The notes under the pieces: generated by a model | What the model saw: the letters and a program-made list of their open reading frames with translations, nothing else | The model's database searches: none | What the model was told of the DNA's origin: nothing | Source of the DNA: Calcarisporiella thermophila CBS 279.70 | Lineage: Eukaryota > Fungi > Calcarisporiellomycota | Direction: 5' to 3' | DNA: 64,000 nucleotides | Assembly (NCBI RefSeq): GCF_041956535.1 | Contig: NW_027192191.1 | Span: 721,328 to 785,327 of the forward strand | Part shown: in pieces, positions 38,170 to 49,692 of the stretch | Numbering within the stretch: the first letter of the stretch is position 1 | How the letters are laid out: the number at the start of each line of letters is the position of its first letter | Translations under genes and position numbers: made by a program

Positions 38170-38593
38170 TATTTCCTCTAACAATGTATATGATGGTTCT
38201 GACTGTTCTTCAGAACTAGGTATCGACTTTAGAGACTGAATCCTCGTGAAAGAAATCATGCGTGACTTTTTTTTCTCAAGACAGATTTCATTTATTCGAT
38301 CGTTCATATGAGAAGCTGAATTGTGCGGCAGAATTAAGAGATAGGTAGCCACAGGGAGCTTCGTTCTTTCATTAATAAATTACAATGGCAAATTGTCATT
38401 TAACATCTCATCAAACTTGAGTTCTCATTTTGACCCGAGCGCGAAATATTAATCCTTTTTTTTTTTTACTTTTGAGCATATAAATATTACAAATAATATA
38501 GAACAATAAGCCGCTATACTAGGAAAAGGCATTAACTTTTGCACCGTCCGTCACGAGGATCAATTTAAATGGAAAGGCTATAACCAAAATATT

Positions 38594-39912
38594 TTACAAA
38601 AGGCCACACTCACGCAGAGCGGACTGGATCAGAATGTCGTTAACGGCATTCATAATACCTCTCACCTGTTGAGTATCAGTTGCACATGTAAAGTGGGCGT
38701 AAATCTTTATACATAAATGATAAGGAGACAGATTTGGTGAATTGGTTCTATCCTTTAGAACTTACCTGCTTGCTCTCCGATTGATTTTCAGCAGCAAATT
38801 TATTCAGGAGATAGTCGCACGCTTGATCGTAGTCAGCTCCTCCAACATAATCGGGAAAAGAATTACTAAGAGGCGTGGCCTGAAGTTTCTCCCGGAAAAG
38901 ATCGATTTTATTCAAGAAGAGTATGATGGACGTATGGACAAACCACCTAAATAAGGATGGGTTAATTGTCCAGAGCTATTCTTTAAGTCGAAAGCGCTTA
39001 TTACCTTGAATTACAGATGGATCCAAAGAGAGTTAGTGATTCGGTCATACGATTTGCACTTTCGTCCTCTCGAAGACGCTGATCATATTCTGACAAGGCA
39101 ACCAGAAAAATAACAGCTGATACATTTTCGAAACAGTGGATCCATTTCTTGCGCTCTGACCGCTGACCACCGACATCGAACACGCGATAAACAATATCAC
39201 GCACGTGGAAGGTTGCCTCCGTAATCCCTGTGGTTTTGACGCGCGACCGAAGAACATCTTGATCAGTTGGAATGTAGTTGGGCTGAGCAATCCGGTCAAT
39301 CGAATCAAAATAACTATTAAAACACGCATCCCATGGATAAATAAACCTAAAATTATCTACACTATTAGCTATTGAACTCACTATCTTGCGGAATCATTTA
39401 ATTGGTATTCGCGACTTCTCCTCTGGCACTCTCGTACCATAGGATCCCACCATAATTCTCTAATGGCTAGCGCAATTTCTGGTGGCATTGTCTCATACTC
39501 CATCTGATACATTTCAGCAGAAAGTATTACATTGGCATGCACTTTATTCGCGGGATTGGCAAGAGTTAGACCCATGTCCTGCATGGCTTCAAGGATGACC
39601 CGCATAGACTGGCATGTATTGATAAATATAATCTCGCGGAAACTTTCACGCTCTTCACGCGAATAGCTTCCCTCATTGATTAGCTTAAACTGCTTAAGTA
39701 TAGTGGATTTTCCGCTTTCCCCAGCACCTATCAATTTAGTAGCAAAACTGTATGAATCGAAAGTCAACATCAACTCATTCAATTTGATGTTTACCAAGTA
39801 GAAGCAATTTCACTTCATTATTCATTTTGACTCGGTCGCGTCGCAACTGATTCTCGATCTCATTGTTGCGGCGGTTTTTCTTTTTCAACTCAGAACTCAG
39901 ACAACAACCCAT
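38594..39912 (-). CDS. Heterotrimeric G-protein alpha subunit (group I / Gi-like)
   Basis: MGCC acylation N-terminus, [39 protein letters not shown] and TCATDT. The C-terminus is LRECGLL*. Confidence 0.96.
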
Positions 39913-40840
39913 TTTAGAGAGGAATCGTAAGAATAAATAAAATGATATATAAACTGCAGCAAATAGAATGGAAACAAACAGTGGATGAAAACGAATGAAT
40001 GGAGGAAGTTATTCGTAATATATAAGAGGAGATATTTTTAAAAGTGGTGGCAAAGCAATGAATTAAACAGGTCGAAATTTAACCAGTTTATTAGGGTGAA
40101 AGAGCTCGGATTGGATTTTCGATCTGCCACAGTTGGGCAATACTACAGAATCAGACAAATCTCGAGAACTATAGGATAAAATAGGCAAGTCCACCTCGAA
40201 AGCTTTTTCACCCATGAAAGGAATGCAGGAAATCGTGGGCAATGAGCAAATTTACTTGGTTCTTACAACGGGGCTGATATGCAAATATGAAATAGATGAT
40301 GCATCCGGAGAATATACAACGAATTTATTTTTCAGGAACGTAAGAAACTCGGACTTTCCAAGAAAAGAAACATAAAACAATTAAGGTAATTAAGCTTGCA
40401 AATTAATACTGTCAATTGCGCAGATATTGTATTGAAATGTCACCCGGTGGTCTAATTTCCCTCGCACTAACACAATATTTGATATAATAAAATTCACCGG
40501 GAGTCTTTTTCTACCAGATAAATAAAAGCAAGCACGACATCCTCATGAATCTTGATTTTATTTTATGCACAATATTTTTTGTAAAATTAAACAGGTCACC
40601 ATAATAAGAATTATTGTTATAACCCATTGATGATCATCCGTTACCCACTTAATCAAATTAATGGCGGTTGATTAACAGTCGAAGCTCTTTCAGACTTCAA
40701 ATAATCAAGATTTTCAAAACATAATTATGATAGATTGCAAAACGATTAAACTTCATAATATAAAAATATTAAATATGAACAATAATCCAGCCTCTATATA
40801 TGAGCACACAAACTAATGCATAATATGTCGATTATTCCAT

Positions 40841-42529
40841 TCAATTATACCAGGAACCGCGCGCTGATCCATCGGCGGTCAACCCAACCTCTATGCCTTT
40901 TTGGATGAATTCATCCTGTGCATCATGGAGCGTCCAATCTCCCTGTCTATCGCCTCTGAGATCTCGCAGCTCTTTTATAGATTGCACCCACTGTAAAATA
41001 TCCTCCTTCGAATAGACCGTCCATTTGGCTTCCTCTAGTAACTGCCGTAATCGGGCAGGATGAATTGCCGCTCCACAATACGTGTTTCTCCAGCAGATCG
41101 TAAGAAGCAGCCAGCCAAAGATTTCTTCTTGGAAGGGAAGAGGCAGATCCCACTGCTCGACCCATAAGGGAATCTCAAAAGCAGCCCAGTTCTCCGCACT
41201 CCAACGGTGAAAATGATCGAAGAGGTCAAGGTGCGTGCGAGTAGAGCCAAACCGTCTCAGTGGCTTAATATTTCCTAATGCAGCAAGCAACAAATAACGT
41301 ATCCCTGTCGCCAAAAGATTTCCCCAGGCAATCGCGGTAGCTCCTGTAGATTCCGTTGCAGCCCATAATGAAATAGCAAGTCCAGCAGCACCAAAAGTCC
41401 AACCAACAATGACGATCAACCAAGCCAAAGGTAAGCGGACACGCAAAGCTCTGATGCCTGGGGACAATGCAGCATGATTACAATGCCACCATCGACTAAT
41501 CTTGCCAGTCGCCTTCGATCGTGCAATAGCCAAGCCAGTAGCACCTCGAGTTGGTATAAGCAGGTTATTTGTCGATTGCAACACGACAGCCGCTTTCCTG
41601 TTAGGTTGAGCTGTGTATAAGAATTCCGACAGATCAGCCACCAACAAGGGTGTGGGCAGCGTCTCCAAAGCAACCCAACAGGCAAGCCCGACTCCGAAGG
41701 AAAGCAGCACAGAACCAACCCCAACGGCCCATAAAGGACCACTACTAATAATTAGTGCTAATATCCAGACTATGATGCCTTGAAGACAAGCCCAAAAGGC
41801 AACCCAACTTCCACCGATGAAAACATGGACTGCGGCAGCGGATATGACAGTTTTCTTACTCCTGGCTTTTCCAGAACGCAGTTGCATCCACCACCTCTCG
41901 TGGCTATATGTCCAAGAGTCTAGAGAAGACGAACGTACAGACCTGGATGGATCGGCCAATGGCCTCACAGTCCATTTTTCTCCGTCCCAAGTCACACTTT
42001 CCCAAGTTAATTCAGCTTCCGAATGGGCCATGCCAAGATCCCAGTATAGGCGGGCGCCAGCCATGTCGATAGCATAGGCAGGACAGTTTGAAGCAAGAAG
42101 GTGTATCTGAGCCAATTCAGCACCAATATTCCCAAGCACTCCGAGGCCAACCCTCAACTGCCATCCACCTCCAAGTGTAGCTCCACAAAGAAGCGTTCCA
42201 ATATACGCGTTTAGCACATTGTAACTTGCTCTTTTCACAAAGCTATTTCCTAGTGCTCCTACGATAGGAGCAATCCAGCTTGCACGGTCAATAATCGGGC
42301 CAGGAACATTACCATCAGCTGCCAGAGACATTTTGGGTATCTGGGCAGCAAACAACGTTTGAATCGCTACTTGCCACCAATTTGTTAAGCCAATAAAGGA
42401 AGAAACTGGAAAACTATCATGAGAAGGATGACTCGAAATGTTAGGACTGGTAGCATAATGTGTTATGAATCTAATTAGTTCAGAGAATTGTGCAGCATCC
42501 ATTGCTATTTCCTTGCGCACCGACCCCAT
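40841..42529 (-). CDS. Uncharacterised intronless multi-pass membrane protein
   Basis: Uninterrupted ORF of 596 aa from ATG 42631; more likely starts are 42529 or 42502. It has at least 4-5 hydrophobic helices in the middle and C-terminal half. I recognise no family. Confidence 0.75.
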   Translation of the reverse strand: MGSVRKEIAMDAAQFSELIRFITHYATSPNISSHPSHDSFPVSSFIGLTNWWQVAIQTLFAAQIPKMSLAADGNVPGPIIDRASWIAPIVGALGNSFVKRASYNVLNAYIGTLLCGATLGGGWQLRVGLGVLGNIGAELAQIHLLASNCPAYAIDMAGARLYWDLGMAHSEAELTWESVTWDGEKWTVRPLADPSRSVRSSSLDSWTYSHERWWMQLRSGKARSKKTVISAAAVHVFIGGSWVAFWACLQGIIVWILALIISSGPLWAVGVGSVLLSFGVGLACWVALETLPTPLLVADLSEFLYTAQPNRKAAVVLQSTNNLLIPTRGATGLAIARSKATGKISRWWHCNHAALSPGIRALRVRLPLAWLIVIVGWTFGAAGLAISLWAATESTGATAIAWGNLLATGIRYLLLAALGNIKPLRRFGSTRTHLDLFDHFHRWSAENWAAFEIPLWVEQWDLPLPFQEEIFGWLLLTICWRNTYCGAAIHPARLRQLLEEAKWTVYSKEDILQWVQSIKELRDLRGDRQGDWTLHDAQDEFIQKGIEVGLTADGSARGSWYN

Positions 42530-43876
42530 AACCAGCGTCCTTTTCTTTTTTTCTGCACTCGAATTGCGGGAGCGAGAAAACAAGGACAATAATAAACGCC
42601 AACGCAAATTGAAACATGATGGGCTGCTCATATAATTTCTTCAATTTTGCAACTGAATAATAGGAAAAGAACGAATGTCGCTTTCTTTTATTCTTACATA
42701 AAGCACGTGTTACGTACAGTCTCTCAGGAGAATAGAGTTTGTAAAATTTTAACAAGTGAGATAAGGAGGGACGAACTTGAATAGCCACTGGGCTTGTAGA
42801 ATATTCTCGGGTACTATATCAATACTGATCACACCAAGCCCAAGCAAACCACAAGTACATCTGCATGTGTCTTCTTTTGCCGAGCCTTAACTTTAAGGTT
42901 GGTTCCGTGAGGAAATTTTTCTAGATTGAAATTCAGGTATATATATTTTATCCAATGCCTAAAGATGATAGAGCTAGATATGCGATACGTTTATATGTAC
43001 AAAGGACCACAAAAATTCATATATAGGAGATATAAATATTTATTTTAGCAACCTCCAAGGAGTAAATATCCTTACTAAACATATAGTTCTCATTCCTTTT
43101 TTATTGTAGCACCCAGCTCAGGGTAATAACTAAAGTTAGGTTAAACTTCGATTGAACGGTTGATACATTTTAGTTTTAATTTCACTCCTACATCTTTCAG
43201 GTATAGATATAGTATTTTATCCAAGATATGTTTCTGCTACTTCAAATATAAGCGAAACTTGTTTAAATGTAATAAGTTTTTAATTGTAGCCTAATGTGAA
43301 GAGTTTTCCATTAACGTGTAATAGCAGGAATAATAGAAGTTTAAAAGAAGTGCCAATTTAAATTTCGTACATCAAAATTATACTTGGCGAAAATGAAAAA
43401 AAAAAGCGAAAAAGAAAACAACGCATTCCTTTGGCCACAGGCGATGGAATGTTTTATAATAAAAGCCAATAAATTGTTGTGCTTGAGATGATTTTTCAAG
43501 TACTTAGTGCCAATTGACCACATCCTTGGCTTGTTTACTTTCTTGATGCCTTTGTTTTCATTTATATACGGTATTTTTAATAGCTTCTATGCGTTTCTAA
43601 CCGTCCTCTTACGCTTGTGATGACCTACTGCCAGCATATTCCTGGATTAGCTGCTTCTCCTTTGCATTGAGTTCCGATCAAGTCCAAGAAGTAAAGGAAT
43701 AGGAATTTAGATCCCCAACTATGCTGATGCAAAACTCTTCTTCAATCTGTGGCGCGACGAAAAACATATCTCAGCCAATGTAAATTAAGGTTAGCTTGAA
43801 ATAATCAAAAATGTTTCCATCTCTTCGTCTTCTCCTGAACGAAACTTACTCCATTCTCGCACACGTAGATATCCAC

Positions 43877-44908
43877 ATGTACTTTGAAAATGCTTATGCG
43901 CTTCTTATAGGGACAGGTGCTAATGATAATGGCGATGTTGACCCTGAATATGAAAGCTTTATAGAGGATGCTAAATGGCTTAAAGATATATTAACAGATG
44001 AATCGCGTTGTGCTTATCCTCCCGGCAATGTGCATCTCATTTTGGGTAGGGAAGCAACAAGGAAAAATATAATTCTTGGATTAGAGAGACTGGCTTCAAC
44101 GTCAAATGAGGATTCGACGGTCCTAGTATTATTTTCGGGGCATGGGTTCCGGAAAGGTTCCAATCAAACTTATTTAGTTCCCACTGGAATGCGCTCCAAT
44201 GACAATCCCGAACAGTGTGCGATTTCTGGTGATGTATTCTATAATCTCATTAAATCCATACCAAGTAAAAAAATATTACTTCTACTGAATTGCTGCTATG
44301 CCGGTGGAGTTATTCCTAATTTGCTACGATCTGAAGGTGAACTAGCTCTTGGTAATACACCACTTACTGAAGGGCAAATTGCCCAGCTCAGGGATGGTAA
44401 GGGCTTTGCTGTTTTGTCGTCCTCGCATCCAAATGAAATAACTAAAACGGGTAGACCCGGCGGAGAGCATGGCTCTCTATCGTCAAAATCATACAGTGTT
44501 TTTGTGATGGGTGTCATTGCGGCCTTATCTGGATGGAATCAGAAGTCTGACGAGAACTGTGTCCGTGTCTTGGATCTGATTACTGCATGCAAAGAATATG
44601 TGAAGGAAAAATCGAAGGGAAAGCAGAACCCTTATGCGGATTTCCATCACCTCGATAATTTTCCTGTTTCTTACTTCAGTGATTACAAAGAAAAACGCAA
44701 GAGAACAAGGTGGTTCCTTGGTATGGACAGAGACTTCATTATCGATAGTGATAGTGATAGTGATAACAGTGAAGAAGAGGATATGCCTATGACCACCTCG
44801 CATGTTTCTCAGGTGGCTAGAACCAGAAACGCCCATGCGACAAATGGCGGCGTTGTCATATCTGGAAACTTTAATATGAATAACGGAAGAGTCCACTTCG
44901 GACGATAA
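43877..44908 (+). CDS. Caspase-family (peptidase C14) protease, bacterial-type, with a C-terminal low-complexity N/G motif
   Basis: Intronless; an alternative ATG is at 43811. Motifs are YALLIG, DAKWLKDILTD..RCAYP, EATRKNIILGLERL, VLFSGHG (His 44141), LLLLNCCYAGG (Cys 44294), AVLSSS..E, YSVF and KQNP. Confidence 0.9.
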   Translation: MYFENAYALLIGTGANDNGDVDPEYESFIEDAKWLKDILTDESRCAYPPGNVHLILGREATRKNIILGLERLASTSNEDSTVLVLFSGHGFRKGSNQTYLVPTGMRSNDNPEQCAISGDVFYNLIKSIPSKKILLLLNCCYAGGVIPNLLRSEGELALGNTPLTEGQIAQLRDGKGFAVLSSSHPNEITKTGRPGGEHGSLSSKSYSVFVMGVIAALSGWNQKSDENCVRVLDLITACKEYVKEKSKGKQNPYADFHHLDNFPVSYFSDYKEKRKRTRWFLGMDRDFIIDSDSDSDNSEEEDMPMTTSHVSQVARTRNAHATNGGVVISGNFNMNNGRVHFGR

Positions 44909-46162
44909 ATCTCACATCAAATTAATTTGTTAGTTAACCAGCATCAGAAAAAGGGTTCGGGTCGGAGGTCGAACATATAAGTAAGAATATGGAGAAATAT
45001 ATAATATATAATTCAGTTTTCTATGAATAAACCTATTGACCTGTCCACTTTGGTTTCTTGGTCATTTTTGGACAATCTATGCTCACATTTATCTCTAAAA
45101 ATGGATCAATGCAATGAGAGCTGAAGAGTATTCCATTATAAGCTCATACCTTGCGTTGTTAAATCTGACCTCTCTAAACTAGTTCAAGATTATGTAAAGA
45201 GCGATCGAGTTGCGCAACATAAACTACTCACATATTGGTGCTATGTCATTGCATAAACCGTTTGGATGGGTTTATGTTAACAAAATGCACAAGGTATTCA
45301 ATCTCCTCTTCCTCCGAAAATGTCCAGACCATCAAGACTACTTAACTTTTACACTTAGCCATTGCGGAAAACTGTTCTATATAGTATGTTCATGCAGAAT
45401 ATCTAGATTTATAGACCGACTATTTGCCCTAGATCAGCTTGTCCTCCATATATTTTCCCGTGATTTTCATGAGCTAAAACTTGTTATTATTAATTGTATT
45501 CTGTATTTTGATGAAGTGCAGGATAACTATATGCCTATCTCTTTCAGCTAATAACTCAAATTGATTGAGAAGGGGCTGCTCTTGGCTGGGTAGCTTTTAG
45601 ACAAACGAAACAAGGGAAAAACAAAATGTGGGAGGTTCAAAAACTTTATTGAGTGGTCGTTTACGCGGGCTCACTCTCATCGTCGTTCGATAAGGCTGCA
45701 CCCGGTGAACCTTATTAAATGCTGCGCCCCATTCACCTGAATGCCCCATTTTTAGCCTCCAACAGATGACGCAACCATTAAAGCAGTTGAAATGGCCAAC
45801 CAGATTGGTTATTAGCCCCATCAGTTATTTTTTTTTTTGCGCAGGGGTGGCTTTTTGAAATCTTTCGCCCTTTTATCCTTTTTCTTTTTTGTTCTTTGTC
45901 TCTTTCCTCAAGCCTCTCGTCTCTCGCCGCAGCTTTACCTTTTCCTCTGTTACTGTCTTTTTTTTCATATATCCTCGTTAACGCGACACCACCGACTTTC
46001 GCATTAACGTCTAGTATATACTTGAGCGTTTTTACTCAATATCCGCACCCATTAGCATACTTTGCTTGCTTTTGCATTATTCTCGACCGGGTCTTGCCCC
46101 CCTCTTAACGTCTCTGACTCATTACATTTGATCACTCCGCATTATCTTCTAATTAGCACACC

Positions 46163-47671
46163 ATGGAGACCTCGAATGCCAATGAATCAACGAAAGCCAC
46201 GGAAAACGAAAAATCACTCATGGAGGACGAGGAAGACAAACAAGTATTTGCTAAATCGGATGCTCTAAAAGATAACAAAGGTAGCCTAAATGACAAAGAG
46301 AATTCCACTCCACCAGTAACCACCGAAAATGGTGAGAAATCACAGTCCGAGGACAAAGCCAGGGGGACCCATCAGGATCTCACCGAGCAAGCCGCTGCAG
46401 CCACTGCCCTCCAGCTTTTGGGTCTAGCAACAAAGTCAGACGAGCACTCTCATGGCGATCGGCCCTCCACTGATGGTGGTCAGCTGTCAGCATCACAAAC
46501 GCCTGGCCTGGCCGAGCAGAATGGAGCAGAGTCAAACAACGCTGGGAACACATCGGGAACGGGTGATAATGCCAACAATTCTCAAAAACGCTCACACGAG
46601 CAGATGGATTCGGATGAACCATCCCAAACTTCAACGGCACCAACGAACCAAGATGAGAGCGTTCTCCAGCTGCATTCCGAGGGTGGCCTCACCTTCACGC
46701 GTGAGGAAATTGCAGCTGGTCTTGCTGAACTCTCCGCGCTTCATTCAGCGGATCTGGGAACCTCAACCACCCTTGTTTCTGCTTCGGCTGACGAAAAGAT
46801 CGAAACAGACCCCGCCACCTCCATCCCCGTTAAGCGACGGAAGCCAACATACGATATGAGTATCATCTCGACCACACCCATTACAGTTACCGGAAGCGAT
46901 GGGCAGAACATTCAGATGTACCAATGCCTGTATCCCGGATGTGGAAAGCAGTTTGCCAGACTCTATAATTTAAAATCCCATACCCGCACCCATATTGATG
47001 ACCGCCCATTCACGTGCGGAGTATGTTCACAATCCTTCTCGCGCAATCACGATTTAAAGGTATACCTCTATTTACACACCTAGCCCCAATCCTTCTCTCG
47101 TTGCTAAATACCTATTGTACTTTTTTAGCGCCATGTTAAAATACACGCGGGAGATAAACCCTATTTATGCCACGGATGTGGCAAATCCTTCTCTCGGCTC
47201 GACGCACTAAAACGTCACCAAGGAAATCAGAAAAACCGGAGCGGCTGTGCAGCGGTAGCTTCGATGCAGTCGATAGAACAGCAACAGCAACAACACCAGG
47301 TTCAACCGTCTCATGCGTCTGCGGATCAGCACGGGCTCGATCACTCTCAATCAAATGAGACCCAACCAGAACTAAACCATCACGAACTTACACAAGAACA
47401 CCACCAGCTATTATTACAACAACTGGAGCAGATTGCCGCTAGTCAAGCGCGGCAACAGCAGCAACAACAGCATGGGCCCGAGCCGGAGCATGCTAACGGG
47501 CTTGCTTCGGCAGACCAAGCAAAAGAGCCCGGAACGGGGCCCCACAGTGACGTAGAAATGAAGCAAGATGTGGGGAAAGGGGTGGAGGAGCCAAAGACCA
47601 TGTTGGCGGATTCTACAATAGATAAGAACAAGGACATGAAATCGGATTCATTACAGGACGTGGAGGCTTAG
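46163..47671 (+). CDS. C2H2 zinc-finger transcription factor (3 fingers, Crz1-like finger array)
   Basis: [38 protein letters not shown]|RHVKIH and [17 protein letters not shown]. Intron 47060-47128; Q-rich C-terminus. Confidence 0.88.
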
Positions 47672-48042
47672 CACTGGTGATATCTTGGCCGGTGGCCACG
47701 CAAGAAAAATGTATACGGAAATAACATAGTAATTCCTTCTGTTTTTCTTTAATATATGTGTATGTTCTTACTATCGTTTTATGATTATATTGCGCGAGTA
47801 TTTTAAGTCACTTTCCCTTTTTTTTTAATATTTAGTATTTTTATTGAGTTTTTCTTTTTCTCTTTGCCAATTCACTTTTCTTTTCTTTTTCTTCTTTTTC
47901 TTTTCTCTTTTCTACTTTTCTTTTTTTTTTTTCCTTTGGTTTTTGAAAAATCACCTTTTTTGACTGTTAGTAAATCATTTCCACATACAACACGTCTTTG
48001 AGCATGAAAGAGAAATAGAAATAAATAGAGAATGAATGACCC

Positions 48043-49692
48043 TCAAAAGATGCTTGACCTCTGCTTCAACAGTCTATCTAACCACAGTTTGCCTCGCTTG
48101 ACCCGTACTTTTCTGCGTGGCTCCACTCTAACCAGTCTTAAGATGGCCATAAAATAGGCATGGGGCTCGGGGGGTCGTGAGAAGAGGCTGATGGTCCATT
48201 TCTTACAGATCTCGGCGACGATGGTTTCTGCGCGTTCCCTATCCACCTTTCTGTTCAAGAGACCGGTAAGCATTCCATGATGTACGTCTCCGGCCCACCA
48301 CGCCGTGCTTTTCACGCACTCTTCGGCATACTCCTTCTCCGTCCACTGCCCCCGTTCAAATTGGGACCATCCGGGGGAGCACATGCGTTCTAAGCGAAAT
48401 TCAAGCGTTTTCCACTGAGTCTGAGAGAGTAGCGTCTCCTTCACCTCCTCCACGCTTCGAAAATGCATCGCCACTCCCAGGAAATCCCTCTCGCGGCTCG
48501 TCAGTATTCCCTCCTCCACGCACGCATCCACCGCCTCATCCAGTGCACCCGTCATCACCTCGCATGCTCCGCTCTGCGCATCCTCCACAGCCGGAAAGGT
48601 GATGAGCAGCTGGCCCATGGGGACGAATTCTTGAGCTCGCAGGTGAAGGAACAAGAGGAGATCGTGGTGGGCTCGTATGGAAAAGGGAAGTCGCTGGAGC
48701 CGAGGAGTGTGTGGAGAGAATGCGAGAGGGGAAAGAGGGGGCCCCTTATGGGGGGGGAGCTTGGAGAGTCTATGGAGGCTATCGAACGAGAATCCAAGCT
48801 GGATATGGTTGGCTATCAAGGAGAAAACGGGAAAGAGCATTGATTGTTTCGTGGGGGTGCAAATTCTAAGATGAGTGAACCTACCTGGAAAAAGACGCTC
48901 GAATACAGGGCGAATGACGACAAAGGGATACACGTTCATCCACGATAAGTTCGATTTATGAGTCCCGTCGCTATGCTTCTCGTGTTGCTCTTCCTCTTGA
49001 ATCGAGCCGTGAGGATCTTCAATTTCAAGCACGATGTCGCCGGCTCCGTCCACCCCCTCGAGATTCACATGAATTTCGAGCTCTTTCACGTCCTCTTTGT
49101 CGTGGTGGAAGGGCACTTTATTTCCAGCAACGGTAGTGTCACCGTTCCCGCATTGAATCTCTGTTTGCGTTTCCTTATCCTTCGGCGGGGTGGCCGGAGG
49201 GCTGGGCGGTTTGCTTAGAAAGGTCTTTCTCTTTCTTTTCCATGTTTTCCCCCGGCCTTCTCCCGGTTTGGTGGATTGGAGATGATACAGATATCCCTCC
49301 CTGGATCTGCCCCAGCCGTTAGTATACTTGCATCCACTCCTCACTTGAAGCGTAGGATTGACTTACTTGCAAATATGATCGAAATCTGCCTGGGAATCGA
49401 CGACATGGCTCACCACGAACTCGGGGTCCTTTATCGAGCAAGAGTGGAAGGGAAAATGGGGCCGGTGTGATATTCGATGGCTAATATTTTCTACAATATG
49501 GGACATGATAGAATATGAAGAATAATGGAATCCTGTGGGTGTTGAGGAGCAAGGTTAAACATTCCGGTTTAGAGGATAGAAAAGACGACCGGAATTACCA
49601 AAGTCGACAATATGAATGGGATTGGTGAGTGGGAGCGCGCATTCTTCGGCTATGCCAGATAGGTGCAAGTGTTTGGTTAAAATGGGGTCCAT
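48043..49692 (-). CDS. SABATH (Methyltransf_7)-like methyltransferase-fold protein with degenerate motifs
   Basis: The spliced N-terminus reads IHIVDFG..PEFVVSH..DFDHI. Later motifs are FSFDSLHRLSKLP, DLLLFLHLRAQEFVPMGQLLITF and HFRSVEEVKETL. The start is uncertain. Confidence 0.7.

Noticed and set aside
40841-42529. Gasdermin, HeLo or NLR identity for the caspase neighbour
   Set aside because: It has no P-loop or repeats and no recognisable gasdermin beta-rich pattern. It is an alpha-helical multi-TM sequence, so I left it as unknown.
45210-45551. 113-aa ORF downstream of the caspase as an NLR remnant or third cassette gene
   Set aside because: It has a TTG start, AT-rich low-information sequence, and no P-loop, repeat or amyloid-like motif.
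46163-47671. Assigning the symbol CRZ1
   Set aside because: The fingers are similar, but I see no canonical PxIxIT site or clear serine-rich regulatory region, so orthology is unsupported.
47800-47960. Long T-rich tract as a repeat element (similar tracts at 61560-61930)
   Set aside because: These are ordinary 3'UTR or terminator low-complexity sequence between convergent genes.
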